The translations under genes and the position numbers were made by a program. From positions 141,064 through 205,063 of IMG/VR virus record IMGVR_UViG_3300043426_000266: 64,000 bases of DNA; one strand, written 5' to 3'. The notes under the pieces were generated by a model. The model worked only from the letters and a program-made list of their open reading frames with translations, was not told where the DNA came from and did not search any database. Shown piece by piece: positions 28,563 through 37,986 of the stretch. Each line of letters begins with the position of its first letter. Position 1 is the first letter of the stretch.

Positions 28563-30080
28563 ATGAAATTAGTCGTAGAACATTACAATAAACTGCTTCC
28601 ATCACTTGGTTTATACGCAGGTGATGATAACATCATCCGCATGGGTGGTGGTGAACTTGGTAAACTCGCTGAGTTTAAAGTCGACGGTAGAGAAGTTTAT
28701 TTACCCACGGATGAAGCGCTAACTACCTCAACCTTTAAAGAAAAGGTTGCTTTCCATCCACTTGCTGAAAACGTTTTAAAGAAACGTTCACATGTATTAA
28801 CCGCAATTCAGTCAAGTCTTCAAACTCGTTTATTCACAGTCGGGTATTTATTAATTGAATCATTATTGGGTGCCGCCGCTGCTCAGAAAAATGGTTCGTT
28901 AAAAACCAATGCTCCAGACTTATTGAAGTTTATGTCTGGATTAGAAGACGTAACTGACGACACCAGTCGTTTCTTCTCTAGTCTCGCTGATCGAATGAAA
29001 ACAAACCCATCTCATACTTTGTTCAATGTGTATTTAAAACATGGCGGACAAATTAAAGGTGAGAAGTATCTTCGTATCTGTGCAATCTCTTCGCCTTTGG
29101 TTAAGGCGTTAGAAGATGCTCAGGTTCGCGGTGCTGCTAAATCGGGTAGTATTGAGGTTTGGGGTGTTACCCCTAAGCGGAAAATGGACGTAGGTGTTTT
29201 ACTGCGTGTAATCAAAACTATCTTTCCGTTTCTAGAAACTGATGGGTACACGGCAGGGAGCAATAACAAACATGCACCTTACTGTGATGCACTGTTACAA
29301 TCCGTACAATTGCTTAATAAAGATATTCGCTATGCGACCCAGCACTTAGCATATGTCGAGCCTTGTAAATCAGCCATTGACTACCTTATCGTAAATGATG
29401 ACGTGATCAATGAAATGGACAATTTTGATGTATTGCGTAATGGGGTTTTGTTAACCACCTATAACGATGGTGATGGGTACGCAGGTGACGATCAACGCAA
29501 TGAATTGGTTGATAAAGTAACACACAGTCACCCTGTTAAAAGCTACCAAACCCAATCAGCTCATCAACAACCAACCACGCCAGAGTTAACAACGATTGAG
29601 AATATGAAACATCTGGTCAACCCAATTGTTCGTATTCCAGGTACGCGTCAGCCAATTTTGGAGATCCCAGAAGAAGCTTATCGAACTGTTCCAGAACAAC
29701 GTCGTCGTTACACTGGTTTTCAACGTGAGTTAGAGCCAGAGGTTCGTGGGTTTTCACATCCAACCCAAGCAGCTGCAATTCCACAGCGCAATCAAAGCCC
29801 CCGAGCAACTGATTTAGAGTTACAGCTCGACCGTGCTTTGGAACGCGCTCAAGAGTTAGAAGATGAACTTCGTAGCCGTAATAGTCGTCGCGGTGGTTTT
29901 GCAGACGACCGTGACCGTGACCGTGACCGTGACCGTTATGGGTTTTCTAGTCGAGATCGCTACGAGGACAGCTATGACTCTCGCCGCGAACCTCGCCGCC
30001 CTATTCCTCGGGCCGCGGCTAGCTCAAGTCGAGATCGTGATCGAGGTCGCGGGCGTGGTCTAGATCGTTTCGGACGCTAA
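28563..30080 (+). CDS. Conserved nucleus-block protein (phiKZ gp70-like) with a long R/D/S-rich C-terminal tail
   Basis: FHPL-x-EN motif; lies between PicA and the beta subunit. Confidence 0.65.
   Translation: MKLVVEHYNKLLPSLGLYAGDDNIIRMGGGELGKLAEFKVDGREVYLPTDEALTTSTFKEKVAFHPLAENVLKKRSHVLTAIQSSLQTRLFTVGYLLIESLLGAAAAQKNGSLKTNAPDLLKFMSGLEDVTDDTSRFFSSLADRMKTNPSHTLFNVYLKHGGQIKGEKYLRICAISSPLVKALEDAQVRGAAKSGSIEVWGVTPKRKMDVGVLLRVIKTIFPFLETDGYTAGSNNKHAPYCDALLQSVQLLNKDIRYATQHLAYVEPCKSAIDYLIVNDDVINEMDNFDVLRNGVLLTTYNDGDGYAGDDQRNELVDKVTHSHPVKSYQTQSAHQQPTTPELTTIENMKHLVNPIVRIPGTRQPILEIPEEAYRTVPEQRRRYTGFQRELEPEVRGFSHPTQAAAIPQRNQSPRATDLELQLDRALERAQELEDELRSRNSRRGGFADDRDRDRDRDRYGFSSRDRYEDSYDSRREPRRPIPRAAASSSRDRDRGRGRGLDRFGR
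29907..29936 (+). repeat. (GACCGT)x5 hexanucleotide tandem repeat encoding (DR)5
   Basis: Read directly from the sequence. Confidence 0.95.
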
Positions 30081-30085
30081 TAAAT

Positions 30086-30109
30086 AAAGAGGGGCAATTG
30101 CCCCTCTTT
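30086..30109. terminator. 24-bp perfect palindrome, bidirectional terminator
   Basis: AAAGAGGGGCAATTGCCCCTCTTT between convergent genes. Confidence 0.85.
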
Positions 30110-30143
30110 TTATTTGTATGAAATGATTTAAAATTTAACTACA

Positions 30144-30506
30144 CTATATATTTCTTTGAATAACCGCATTGTTTTGTTTAAGACGATAGACGACTTCAAA
30201 GTCAGGAATGATGATGTTTATCATTTCTTTTCTATAATCTTCATAACCCATCAATCCGTTTACTCGCATAACAATCCACACCATGTTTAAAGGGATCTTA
30301 AAATATGCTGCAACCTTACGAAAATCCCCATCACAAGCAGCAGCTTCTGATGCAGGTAAAACAGAAATGTTTTGAGCATTTGTTGCATTAGCAGCATAGT
30401 TTTTGATATAGTCTAGATTTTGTTCAATGATGCACTTAAAGCCTTCTCGATGATAAATAGTATCATTTTGATCAATGTCTAAATCTGCTAAAGAAGTTTG
30501 ACTCAT
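30144..30506 (-). CDS. Conserved small protein, possibly LysM/tail-X-like
   Basis: GGTGG SD; A-x-x-F...W-x-x-MR-x-NGL...IIP pattern. Confidence 0.5.
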   Translation of the reverse strand: MSQTSLADLDIDQNDTIYHREGFKCIIEQNLDYIKNYAANATNAQNISVLPASEAAACDGDFRKVAAYFKIPLNMVWIVMRVNGLMGYEDYRKEMINIIIPDFEVVYRLKQNNAVIQRNI

Positions 30507-30527
30507 AGAACCACCTAATAAATTTTC

Positions 30528-30550
30528 AAATACACATTATTAGATTGAAG
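30528..30550 (+). promoter_or_regulatory. Candidate early promoter
   Basis: AAATACACATTATTAGATTGAAG. Confidence 0.6.
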
Positions 30551-30576
30551 AGACTTAGATAACCAAAGGAGTTGTT

Positions 30577-32685
30577 ATGCAACTAGGGTATAAAGAAAGT
30601 GAAGTTGATGTTCGTGCACTAGGTTCCGCTGGATTAAATTTTGCAGCAAGCAACACATCGTCACAACGTCTTCACATGGATACCTCCCATCTTAAACAAC
30701 ATCTCACACTTATCGACGGGGATGCTAAAAGATGGTTTACTGGAGTTGAACGTGAGTATGCTAAACGCGCATATAAAGCAGAATTTCCAGTTGATTGTAT
30801 GCGCGTATTTGAAGTTATCACTAAATACTCGGGTATGATTCCGTCCGATATGGATTCACCTTTAACATTGGTTGTTTACGAAAGACGAGATGACCATAAA
30901 ATCGCAGTATTAGAACTAGCTAGTTCTCGTTGTGAACATCAAACCTTTGGTTTTACTTACAAGAGAACCAAAGAAGGTCGAGGGGTTTTAAAACATAAAG
31001 CATTTAAAGCAGGGACTATTCTGGCCAAACCACCAACGATTACTGACGACGGTGATTACAAGTATGGAAAGGAATTAAAAACCTTTGTGGGTAATACATC
31101 CGCCGGGGTTGAAGATGGTGCCTGGATCTCCGATGAAGCTGCATACATGCTTCGTACTGATGCGTTTGGTGAGTTAGACATGACACTTGATAAAGGGCAT
31201 GTATTACTTAACATGAATGGTAACGAGCGTCATTTCAAAGGGATCCCGGACATCGGGGATTATCTACGAGACGATGGTTTGGTAATGGCGTGTCGTGAAT
31301 TGCATAAAGATTTCCCGATGCAGCTTTATAACAAACATGCGTTACGGGAACATTCGCAACTTGACAACTTACGATATGGTGAACCGTTTGTTGATACCGC
31401 TCAATACATTGGGTTTGAATTACCGCCCGGGGAAGAGTTATTACTTCGCCCTCGTGTAATCGATATTGAGGTGATTAAAGGTGGTTCTAACAAAACCCCG
31501 ATTACCAAAAGTGAAGAGCAATTAAATAAGTACTGGGAAAAAACCGTACGTTTTCATGAAGCAATTCGCAAAACCCATGAAGATTTAGAGCGTTTAATTC
31601 CAAACTATGAACTTGACCCTTCTTGGCAACGTTATGTTGACGATGCATACTTTTATACCACCCAACCCCATGGCACTCGTTCTGAAACATTAAAGAACAA
31701 ACCATTACCCCAGTGGTCAATTAAGGTAAAATATCGTTATACTTTCGTACCGACTATTGGTGCAAAAATCACAAACATTCACGCGGGTAAAACAGTAATC
31801 GTTAAGAAAACCCCGCGACACATGATGCCAAAAGATGCCGATGGTAATTATGCCGATGTGGTTGTTGAGGATATCTCAATTGCAAACCGTATGAATCCTG
31901 GGGTTGCGTTTGAGGGTCGTTTAGGTTCGTGTGAATTGGCAACACGTAAACGAATTAAAGAAATGTGGGATGCTAAAGTTCCTTTTGATGAAATTTATGA
32001 TTATTATGTTGGGTTTGTTAAAATTGTATCCCCAATGTCTTACCATGAATTATTAAATCCAAGTATTGATCGTGAGTTAGAACTCAAAGAAGTTATGGAG
32101 GGAGGTATTTATGCTTATGTTCCACCTTCTTTAGGCGCATACATGATTGATATCTTAGCTGAACTCACCGCTAAGTACCCACCTTGTAGAGAGCGTCTTG
32201 AACTCACAACGAATGATGGCCGAAAAATCCTGACTGACGAGAAAGCAGAAATTGTAGTCTTACATTATCAGTTTACGGAGCGAGCTGGGAATAGCTTCTC
32301 TGCAGTTAGTTCGGCTAAACGTCAACCCTTCGGCATCCCAACCAAAGCATCTCAATTGGATAAGAATAGTTTTCCAACTAAGATTTCATCTACTCGATTC
32401 CCGTCGGAGGCGGATACAAAATCAATCCAATCTCACATTAACAATGAAGGGATTCCAGAACTTATGGATCGTAGTTTAAACCCCGTTTCTCATTGGTTCT
32501 TATTACGATCTTTGATTAGAAGCGTAAATCCCGCGAAGATTAAAGATGCGGTTTCTCGTAAAATTATTCCACGTATTGGTAATCGGATTATCGCAATCCG
32601 AGACACTATGCTTTTAATTGCGGGAATCAAGTTTAAAGAGGGGCGGGATGGTAATAGCGTTTTACCAGAAGACGAGGTAGAATAA
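30577..32685 (+). CDS. Non-virion RNAP beta C-terminal subunit (phiKZ gp71-73-like, uninterrupted)
   Basis: SS-x-R-x-x-M-x-x-SH-x-x-Q, EDG-x-x-IS, GAKITNIHAGKTVI (GDK...H-x-x-K), RMNPG. Confidence 0.92.
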   Translation: MQLGYKESEVDVRALGSAGLNFAASNTSSQRLHMDTSHLKQHLTLIDGDAKRWFTGVEREYAKRAYKAEFPVDCMRVFEVITKYSGMIPSDMDSPLTLVVYERRDDHKIAVLELASSRCEHQTFGFTYKRTKEGRGVLKHKAFKAGTILAKPPTITDDGDYKYGKELKTFVGNTSAGVEDGAWISDEAAYMLRTDAFGELDMTLDKGHVLLNMNGNERHFKGIPDIGDYLRDDGLVMACRELHKDFPMQLYNKHALREHSQLDNLRYGEPFVDTAQYIGFELPPGEELLLRPRVIDIEVIKGGSNKTPITKSEEQLNKYWEKTVRFHEAIRKTHEDLERLIPNYELDPSWQRYVDDAYFYTTQPHGTRSETLKNKPLPQWSIKVKYRYTFVPTIGAKITNIHAGKTVIVKKTPRHMMPKDADGNYADVVVEDISIANRMNPGVAFEGRLGSCELATRKRIKEMWDAKVPFDEIYDYYVGFVKIVSPMSYHELLNPSIDRELELKEVMEGGIYAYVPPSLGAYMIDILAELTAKYPPCRERLELTTNDGRKILTDEKAEIVVLHYQFTERAGNSFSAVSSAKRQPFGIPTKASQLDKNSFPTKISSTRFPSEADTKSIQSHINNEGIPELMDRSLNPVSHWFLLRSLIRSVNPAKIKDAVSRKIIPRIGNRIIAIRDTMLLIAGIKFKEGRDGNSVLPEDEVE

Positions 32686-34647
32686 ATGTCCAATTTCGAT
32701 TTCAACGAGATCATCCATGTTAAGTATGAAGAAATTCAGCATATAATGGAAACAAATGATCAGGTATCGGTTCGCTGTGATGATGGGGTTTTAACCACCC
32801 CATCAGAAGATTTTCTGTTCAACTGGATTTGTTGGCAATTGTTTCATGCGTTAGATAATGATTTCCCTTCATCTGTTCAGTATACAGTCACCCGAATTGA
32901 ACACATTACCACGAGACCACATTTAGATATCGGGAGTTGGATTCTTAAAGACTATGTTAAATGGTCTGAAGAAAAAGGTATTATTCAAAACCTGGACGGT
33001 ATTAAGAAGCAGATTTACGATTTAACAAATCTTCTTTATAACTTTATTGACAATGAACTTGATAACCAAACAACGGATATTTGCTTTGATCACTTCAATG
33101 AGATTTATCAACATCCTGATGTGTTAAAAGCAAATACGGCAATTCAAAATGCGGTCGTCGTGAGTCATGAAAACATTAAACACGTTTATGAGGTTATTAC
33201 CAAAACAACTCTAAATGATCCAGGTCTAGCAAACAACTCACTCGCATTGGCAGCGCGTTGTGGGGTCATTAAACTAACCCAGCTTTCAATGGTGCTTGGT
33301 CCAATTGGATTCTGTACTGATATTAACTCTAAGATCATTCCTAAAGCAATTCGTGTAGGTTTCTTCAGAGGAATGGGTAAACTTGATGATATGCTTTATG
33401 AGTCAAGAAATGCTTCAATTGCAGCGTTATTCAACATTGTAATTATGCCGCTATCTGAGTATACAAACCGTCGAACACAGCTCCCTTGTGAGAACGTGCA
33501 AACAATTGTGTATAAAGATTGTGGGGCGAAGTCTGAGCGAATTCAAGTAGTGAGTAAAGCTCACTTAAAAACCTTACTTGGATTTACATTAACCGATGGT
33601 CGTGAAGGTCGACCAATCAAATACATTGAGGAATCAGATACAAGTTTAATTGGGCAAAGTATTTTCATCCGCTCGCTGAACTACTGTCGACACAAAGTTC
33701 GTAATGAGGTTTGTTCGACCTGTGTTGGGCTCATGCATTATTCATTTCCTAATGGTTGTGTTGTGGGTCACGTGTCTGGGACTCAACTGGGCGCGGCTTT
33801 ATCCACATCAGTGTTACAGCGTAAGCATGAAAACTTAACCAGTAAAGCTGGTGGATTAACCATTGATGAAATATACCAAAATTATTTCAGAGTGAATGAG
33901 ATTGGTAATGGGTTATGCTTCTCAGATAGCTTTGACTTCTCCAAGTGGTCGATTGTTTTAACTCCAGAATCAGCTTCTCATTTAAAAGAGGTCAATAGTG
34001 AGTACGGTGACGGTTTAATTCCAAGCCAAACAACTCGTATTGAAATGCTTCAACTTCAATCTAAAGACGGTTTGGAATCTATCCTGATGCCAATCGGTCT
34101 AGGGCAACGTGCTGGATTCCTTACCAAGGAGATGCTACGGTTCTATAAGGAAAAAGGTTGGACGTTTATTGATGGTAATCTTTATCAGCTCGATCTAGAG
34201 GGTTGGGATAATCAGTCTGAATTCTTAACCATTCCGCAGATTGAGTTTACACCTCCAGATTTAATCTCAGCAGTCAGTGGATTCATCTTCAGTGGTAATA
34301 AAGGTAAGAATAGCGCATTCAAAACGCCAAGCTTATCAAATTGTCTAAATGTAGATGATGCGTATGCGTCGTTCTATGATCTGATTAAAGATCACCTGAA
34401 GCTACACTCAGTTCATCTGATGTTTATCATTCTGGCAATGTCAGCACAAAATCCACGCGTTTACGATTATCGTCTACCGTACCCTCGAGAGACTTCTCGT
34501 ACCGCAAAACTAGATGATATTATGTTTTATCGATCTGCCGGAGGAGCAATGGCTTATGAAGAACAAAACACGTTCTTTTTAAACCCGATTACCTATTTAG
34601 TTGATCGCAGACCTCCACACATTTATGATTCTATCATCATGGGTTAA
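32686..34647 (+). CDS. Non-virion RNAP beta-prime C-terminal subunit (phiKZ gp74-like)
   Basis: GF-x-RG...ESR bridge-helix region, DCG, and RS-x-x-x-C...C-x-x-C-x-G zinc site. Confidence 0.9.
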   Translation: MSNFDFNEIIHVKYEEIQHIMETNDQVSVRCDDGVLTTPSEDFLFNWICWQLFHALDNDFPSSVQYTVTRIEHITTRPHLDIGSWILKDYVKWSEEKGIIQNLDGIKKQIYDLTNLLYNFIDNELDNQTTDICFDHFNEIYQHPDVLKANTAIQNAVVVSHENIKHVYEVITKTTLNDPGLANNSLALAARCGVIKLTQLSMVLGPIGFCTDINSKIIPKAIRVGFFRGMGKLDDMLYESRNASIAALFNIVIMPLSEYTNRRTQLPCENVQTIVYKDCGAKSERIQVVSKAHLKTLLGFTLTDGREGRPIKYIEESDTSLIGQSIFIRSLNYCRHKVRNEVCSTCVGLMHYSFPNGCVVGHVSGTQLGAALSTSVLQRKHENLTSKAGGLTIDEIYQNYFRVNEIGNGLCFSDSFDFSKWSIVLTPESASHLKEVNSEYGDGLIPSQTTRIEMLQLQSKDGLESILMPIGLGQRAGFLTKEMLRFYKEKGWTFIDGNLYQLDLEGWDNQSEFLTIPQIEFTPPDLISAVSGFIFSGNKGKNSAFKTPSLSNCLNVDDAYASFYDLIKDHLKLHSVHLMFIILAMSAQNPRVYDYRLPYPRETSRTAKLDDIMFYRSAGGAMAYEEQNTFFLNPITYLVDRRPPHIYDSIIMG

Positions 34648-34651
34648 TTAA

Positions 34652-36190
34652 ATGAAAATGACTATCTACGTGTATAGCCATAGTTTCGTGGTCAGCACAG
34701 TTGAACGACGATTTAAACAAATCTTAGCTGCCTTTATCAGAAACAGACTTACCGTAGAGAAGTTTAAAATCGGTAAAGGTGACCCGGGAAAGAAGGTGTT
34801 CGCATCTTCTTCCCCAGACCGTAATCAGATCTTTTTCCACATCAATCTCTTCGAGCAGTTTAAACTTTTCTTACTTTCACAAGGGGTGAGGGCTGATGAG
34901 TATGAAGTGGTGTATAGGAAACCAAAGAAGGGTAAACGGATTGAGGTTAAATTCATTGCCCCGTATTCAATGTCTGAACTACAGAATCGTTGCTTAGATT
35001 TTATTAGGGATGACCGGGTTACGACAATTGCACCGCTACAGACAGGTAAAGGCAAAACAGCACTCGCGTTATACTTTATGTGTGAATACGGTCGCCGTAC
35101 AATGATCACGATGAATGCTAAATACATTCCTCGGTGGATTCAAGACTTAAGTGGTGAAAGTGCAATTGTAGATTTTGGTGAAGGGGATTTGTTGGTCATT
35201 AAAGGTTTAATCCAATTGAAAAAATATATTCAGTTGGCAAAAACCAAACAACTCCCCGAGTTTAAAGCGTTGTTAATCTCGAACACAACACTCTATATGT
35301 TTTATAAAGACTTTACTGATCATCCAGAGGAATGGAAAGAATATGGTTTAAAAGTTCCACAAGATCTTTACAACCTATTTGAGATTGGATTTAGGATTCG
35401 AGATGAATTCCATGAAGACATTCATTTCAACTGCAAATTCGACACCTTCACCAATGTAGGTAAAGCGTTGGATTTATCTGCGACGATTATCTACGATGAT
35501 CCTGGAATGGAGAGAATTAGTCAATTAATCTCCCCTATTAGTGATCGATTTAACCAAGGTAGATGGGATACATATACGGAAGTCTATGCGACCTTATATC
35601 GGATTAATTTACCTACCAAGCTTCGTTGGCAGATGGGTTGGAATGGTCCGTACAACCATAACGAGTTTGAAAAATCGGTTTTGAAAATACCGATTCATAA
35701 AAAGAACTTTATCTCAATGGTGACAGGCTTGGTAAGAGATCTTTTTGTAAATGACTACAAAAAAGGTCAACGCTGTTTAGTCTATGCCAGTACAAAAGAG
35801 ATGTGTACAATTCTATCAACCTTTATGGCTGAAGAGTTTTCACATCTATTCGTTCATCGATATATAGGAGAAGATGAGTATGAAGAATTATTAACAGGTG
35901 ACCTTGTGGTTAGTACACCTAAATCAGCAGGTACTGGGGTTGATATTCCCGGGTTGATTCTTGTGATCGATACAGTGAACACATCATCCACCCAAGCAAA
36001 CATCCAAAAAATAGGACGCTTGCGTAAACCAACGCTTACTGACGAAGAAGGAAAAACTATTGTTCCTAAGTACTATTACACCACCTGTGTACAAATCCCT
36101 CAGCACATGAAGTATCATTATGAGAAGCAGTCGAAACTTCGTGGGTTTGTAAAATCACTACAAACGTATGATACGGCTTACAAACTCTAA
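34652..36190 (+). CDS. Superfamily 2 (DExH) helicase (phiKZ gp75-like)
   Basis: QTGKGKT, DEFH, SAT, GTG-x-DIP, Q-x-x-GR-x-R. Confidence 0.93.
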   Translation: MKMTIYVYSHSFVVSTVERRFKQILAAFIRNRLTVEKFKIGKGDPGKKVFASSSPDRNQIFFHINLFEQFKLFLLSQGVRADEYEVVYRKPKKGKRIEVKFIAPYSMSELQNRCLDFIRDDRVTTIAPLQTGKGKTALALYFMCEYGRRTMITMNAKYIPRWIQDLSGESAIVDFGEGDLLVIKGLIQLKKYIQLAKTKQLPEFKALLISNTTLYMFYKDFTDHPEEWKEYGLKVPQDLYNLFEIGFRIRDEFHEDIHFNCKFDTFTNVGKALDLSATIIYDDPGMERISQLISPISDRFNQGRWDTYTEVYATLYRINLPTKLRWQMGWNGPYNHNEFEKSVLKIPIHKKNFISMVTGLVRDLFVNDYKKGQRCLVYASTKEMCTILSTFMAEEFSHLFVHRYIGEDEYEELLTGDLVVSTPKSAGTGVDIPGLILVIDTVNTSSTQANIQKIGRLRKPTLTDEEGKTIVPKYYYTTCVQIPQHMKYHYEKQSKLRGFVKSLQTYDTAYKL

Positions 36191-36202
36191 TGGGAGGTGT
36201 TT

Positions 36203-36397
36203 ATGCCATTCAGAAAAGAAACTCATCGAGATCAATTTAAAACTTTTCACCCCGGTATTGGGGTATCAGAGGATGATCCTATTTACTTAGGTGTCAAATC
36301 TAACCTAGAACATCTCCAACGCGGGGAGGCACTAGAAGATGAAAAAGATCCAATGGAGTTGCAACTTGATGATGAAGATGAAGACTTTGATGTTTAA
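36203..36397 (+). CDS. Small acidic-tailed hypothetical protein
   Basis: GGAGG SD, ATG at 36203. Confidence 0.6.
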   Translation: MPFRKETHRDQFKTFHPGIGVSEDDPIYLGVKSNLEHLQRGEALEDEKDPMELQLDDEDEDFDV

Positions 36398-36399
36398 AG

Positions 36400-36425
36400 A
36401 ATAACCGCCCCTAGGGGCGGTTATT
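36400..36425. terminator. 26-bp perfect palindrome terminator
   Basis: AATAACCGCCCCTAGGGGCGGTTATT. Confidence 0.8.
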
Positions 36426-36453
36426 TATATACCTTAACTTGAGTGAATAAGCG

Positions 36454-36978
36454 ATGTATGAATTTTCATTGAATATAAACCGTAACGAACCGAATGTTGG
36501 TGTTGCCACAATATATGCGCTGACCGGAAATCGTTTCGTGGTTGACTATAATGGTTACGTTAAATTTAATCGTATACCTGAATATTGGATTACAACAATT
36601 TTTCTACATTTTAAAGAAGATAATGTAAAGATTGAATTAGAGTGGATAGATACCCGACCAACTTTATACACTACACTGGATCGTTATATTCCTAATGTAG
36701 TTGCTGATTACATGAAGAATTATTATCCGAATTATGATACAGCCGATTCCTCTGGAAACAAATGGTCATGCTTAGTAATGATTAGAAAGGTATCCAAGAA
36801 AGAGCGAGAGGTTTGGTCAAGTGAAGGAATAGAGTTTTCCCCAACACCGTTACTTCAAGATGAGGATCCTGAGATTTGGAATTTCAATTACATGCTTCCG
36901 GAATCTACTGAAAATTGTATTGTCCTCAACCAAATTCCAAACCTTAGTTGGCTCACCAAAAAGAAAAAACGCAAATAG
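36454..36978 (+). CDS. Hypothetical protein with a basic C-terminus (174 aa)
   Basis: ORF track; flanked by terminators. Confidence 0.6.
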   Translation: MYEFSLNINRNEPNVGVATIYALTGNRFVVDYNGYVKFNRIPEYWITTIFLHFKEDNVKIELEWIDTRPTLYTTLDRYIPNVVADYMKNYYPNYDTADSSGNKWSCLVMIRKVSKKEREVWSSEGIEFSPTPLLQDEDPEIWNFNYMLPESTENCIVLNQIPNLSWLTKKKKRK

Positions 36979-37006
36979 AAAATAGAGAGCCTAGGCTCTC
37001 TATTTT
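36979..37006. terminator. 28-bp perfect palindrome, bidirectional terminator
   Basis: AAAATAGAGAGCCTAGGCTCTCTATTTT between convergent genes. Confidence 0.85.
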
Positions 37007-37013
37007 TTTTATG

Positions 37014-37976
37014 TTAACGAAGGGTTTGTGCCCAACCCAAGAAGGCTTCAGTATAACGTGCTTTATCGGCTGGGAATTTACCTACAATTGCGCCTAGCTT
37101 AAATTCACGGAGGGTGTGTAGTCGATCGGACGGATTAGCAATCGCTTGGAAAATACTGTTCATTGTATTAAACATCAGCAACTCTGGGATATCCCAACGT
37201 GAGGTACGAGTAAATCGACCAAGGTAAGTAACACGATAAGAACTCTTTTCATTCTTAAAGAATTTCCAAAGTAGATAATCCATTGCAATAGATCGCTCTT
37301 TAGGTGCAATCATCAATGCCCGCAGATAGTTACGATACAATTGTTGCTGAAGACTTGCTCCTTTTTGCTCAGGCACAACCACACCACGAGCCATTTCAAT
37401 TTCATAACGATCGAAGAATTGAATGATTTCTTGTAAATCGTCCGAACCCGTACCAAAAACATAACCATGTTTCATTTGGAAGTATTCTTCCGTAGAAATT
37501 GTATTAATGTTAACAGTATCAGCTTTAGCTTCAACACGTTTCATGGAAGGTACTGATTTAACAACCAAAGGCTTAGTTTCCGCTTTAACCTCTGGCTTAG
37601 CTACAGCGTCTTTCTCTTTGTCTATTGGTGCTTCAGTTGCTTCTTCGGTATCCGCTTTTTCAGGAGCTGGTGTAGGTTCAGGTTCAGGTTCAGTCTGATC
37701 AGACTGAACCGTAGATTCGTCTTCTTTTTCAACATCAGTAGACGGTTGAATCTCACTAGGGGAAGTCGGTTGCGTATCAGCATCCCCACTCTCAGGTTGT
37801 TGTTCAGATTCGTTCTGAGTTTCCTCAGCAGGAACCTCGGTTGAAACTTCCTCAACTTCTTTTTCTACCTCTGATTGAGTGTTGACTTCCTCAGTAACAA
37901 CCGGGGTTGTTTCCTCTGGGGTTGTGGTAGGGGTAGGTTGTTGCTGTGCTTTAGTTTTGTTACGCTGACCAGCCAT
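37014..37976 (-). CDS. Virion/head protein with an E/T/P-rich disordered N-terminal half (phiKZ gp79-like)
   Basis: AAGGAG SD; downstream of the vRNAP subunit as in phiKZ. Confidence 0.6.
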   Translation of the reverse strand: MAGQRNKTKAQQQPTPTTTPEETTPVVTEEVNTQSEVEKEVEEVSTEVPAEETQNESEQQPESGDADTQPTSPSEIQPSTDVEKEDESTVQSDQTEPEPEPTPAPEKADTEEATEAPIDKEKDAVAKPEVKAETKPLVVKSVPSMKRVEAKADTVNINTISTEEYFQMKHGYVFGTGSDDLQEIIQFFDRYEIEMARGVVVPEQKGASLQQQLYRNYLRALMIAPKERSIAMDYLLWKFFKNEKSSYRVTYLGRFTRTSRWDIPELLMFNTMNSIFQAIANPSDRLHTLREFKLGAIVGKFPADKARYTEAFLGWAQTLR

Positions 37977-37986
37977 TATAAGCTCC

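Noticed and set aside
29907-29936. Possible CRISPR-like or iteron repeat
   Set aside because: Head-to-tail hexamers with no spacers, inside a coding frame. No repeat-spacer array was found anywhere in the window.
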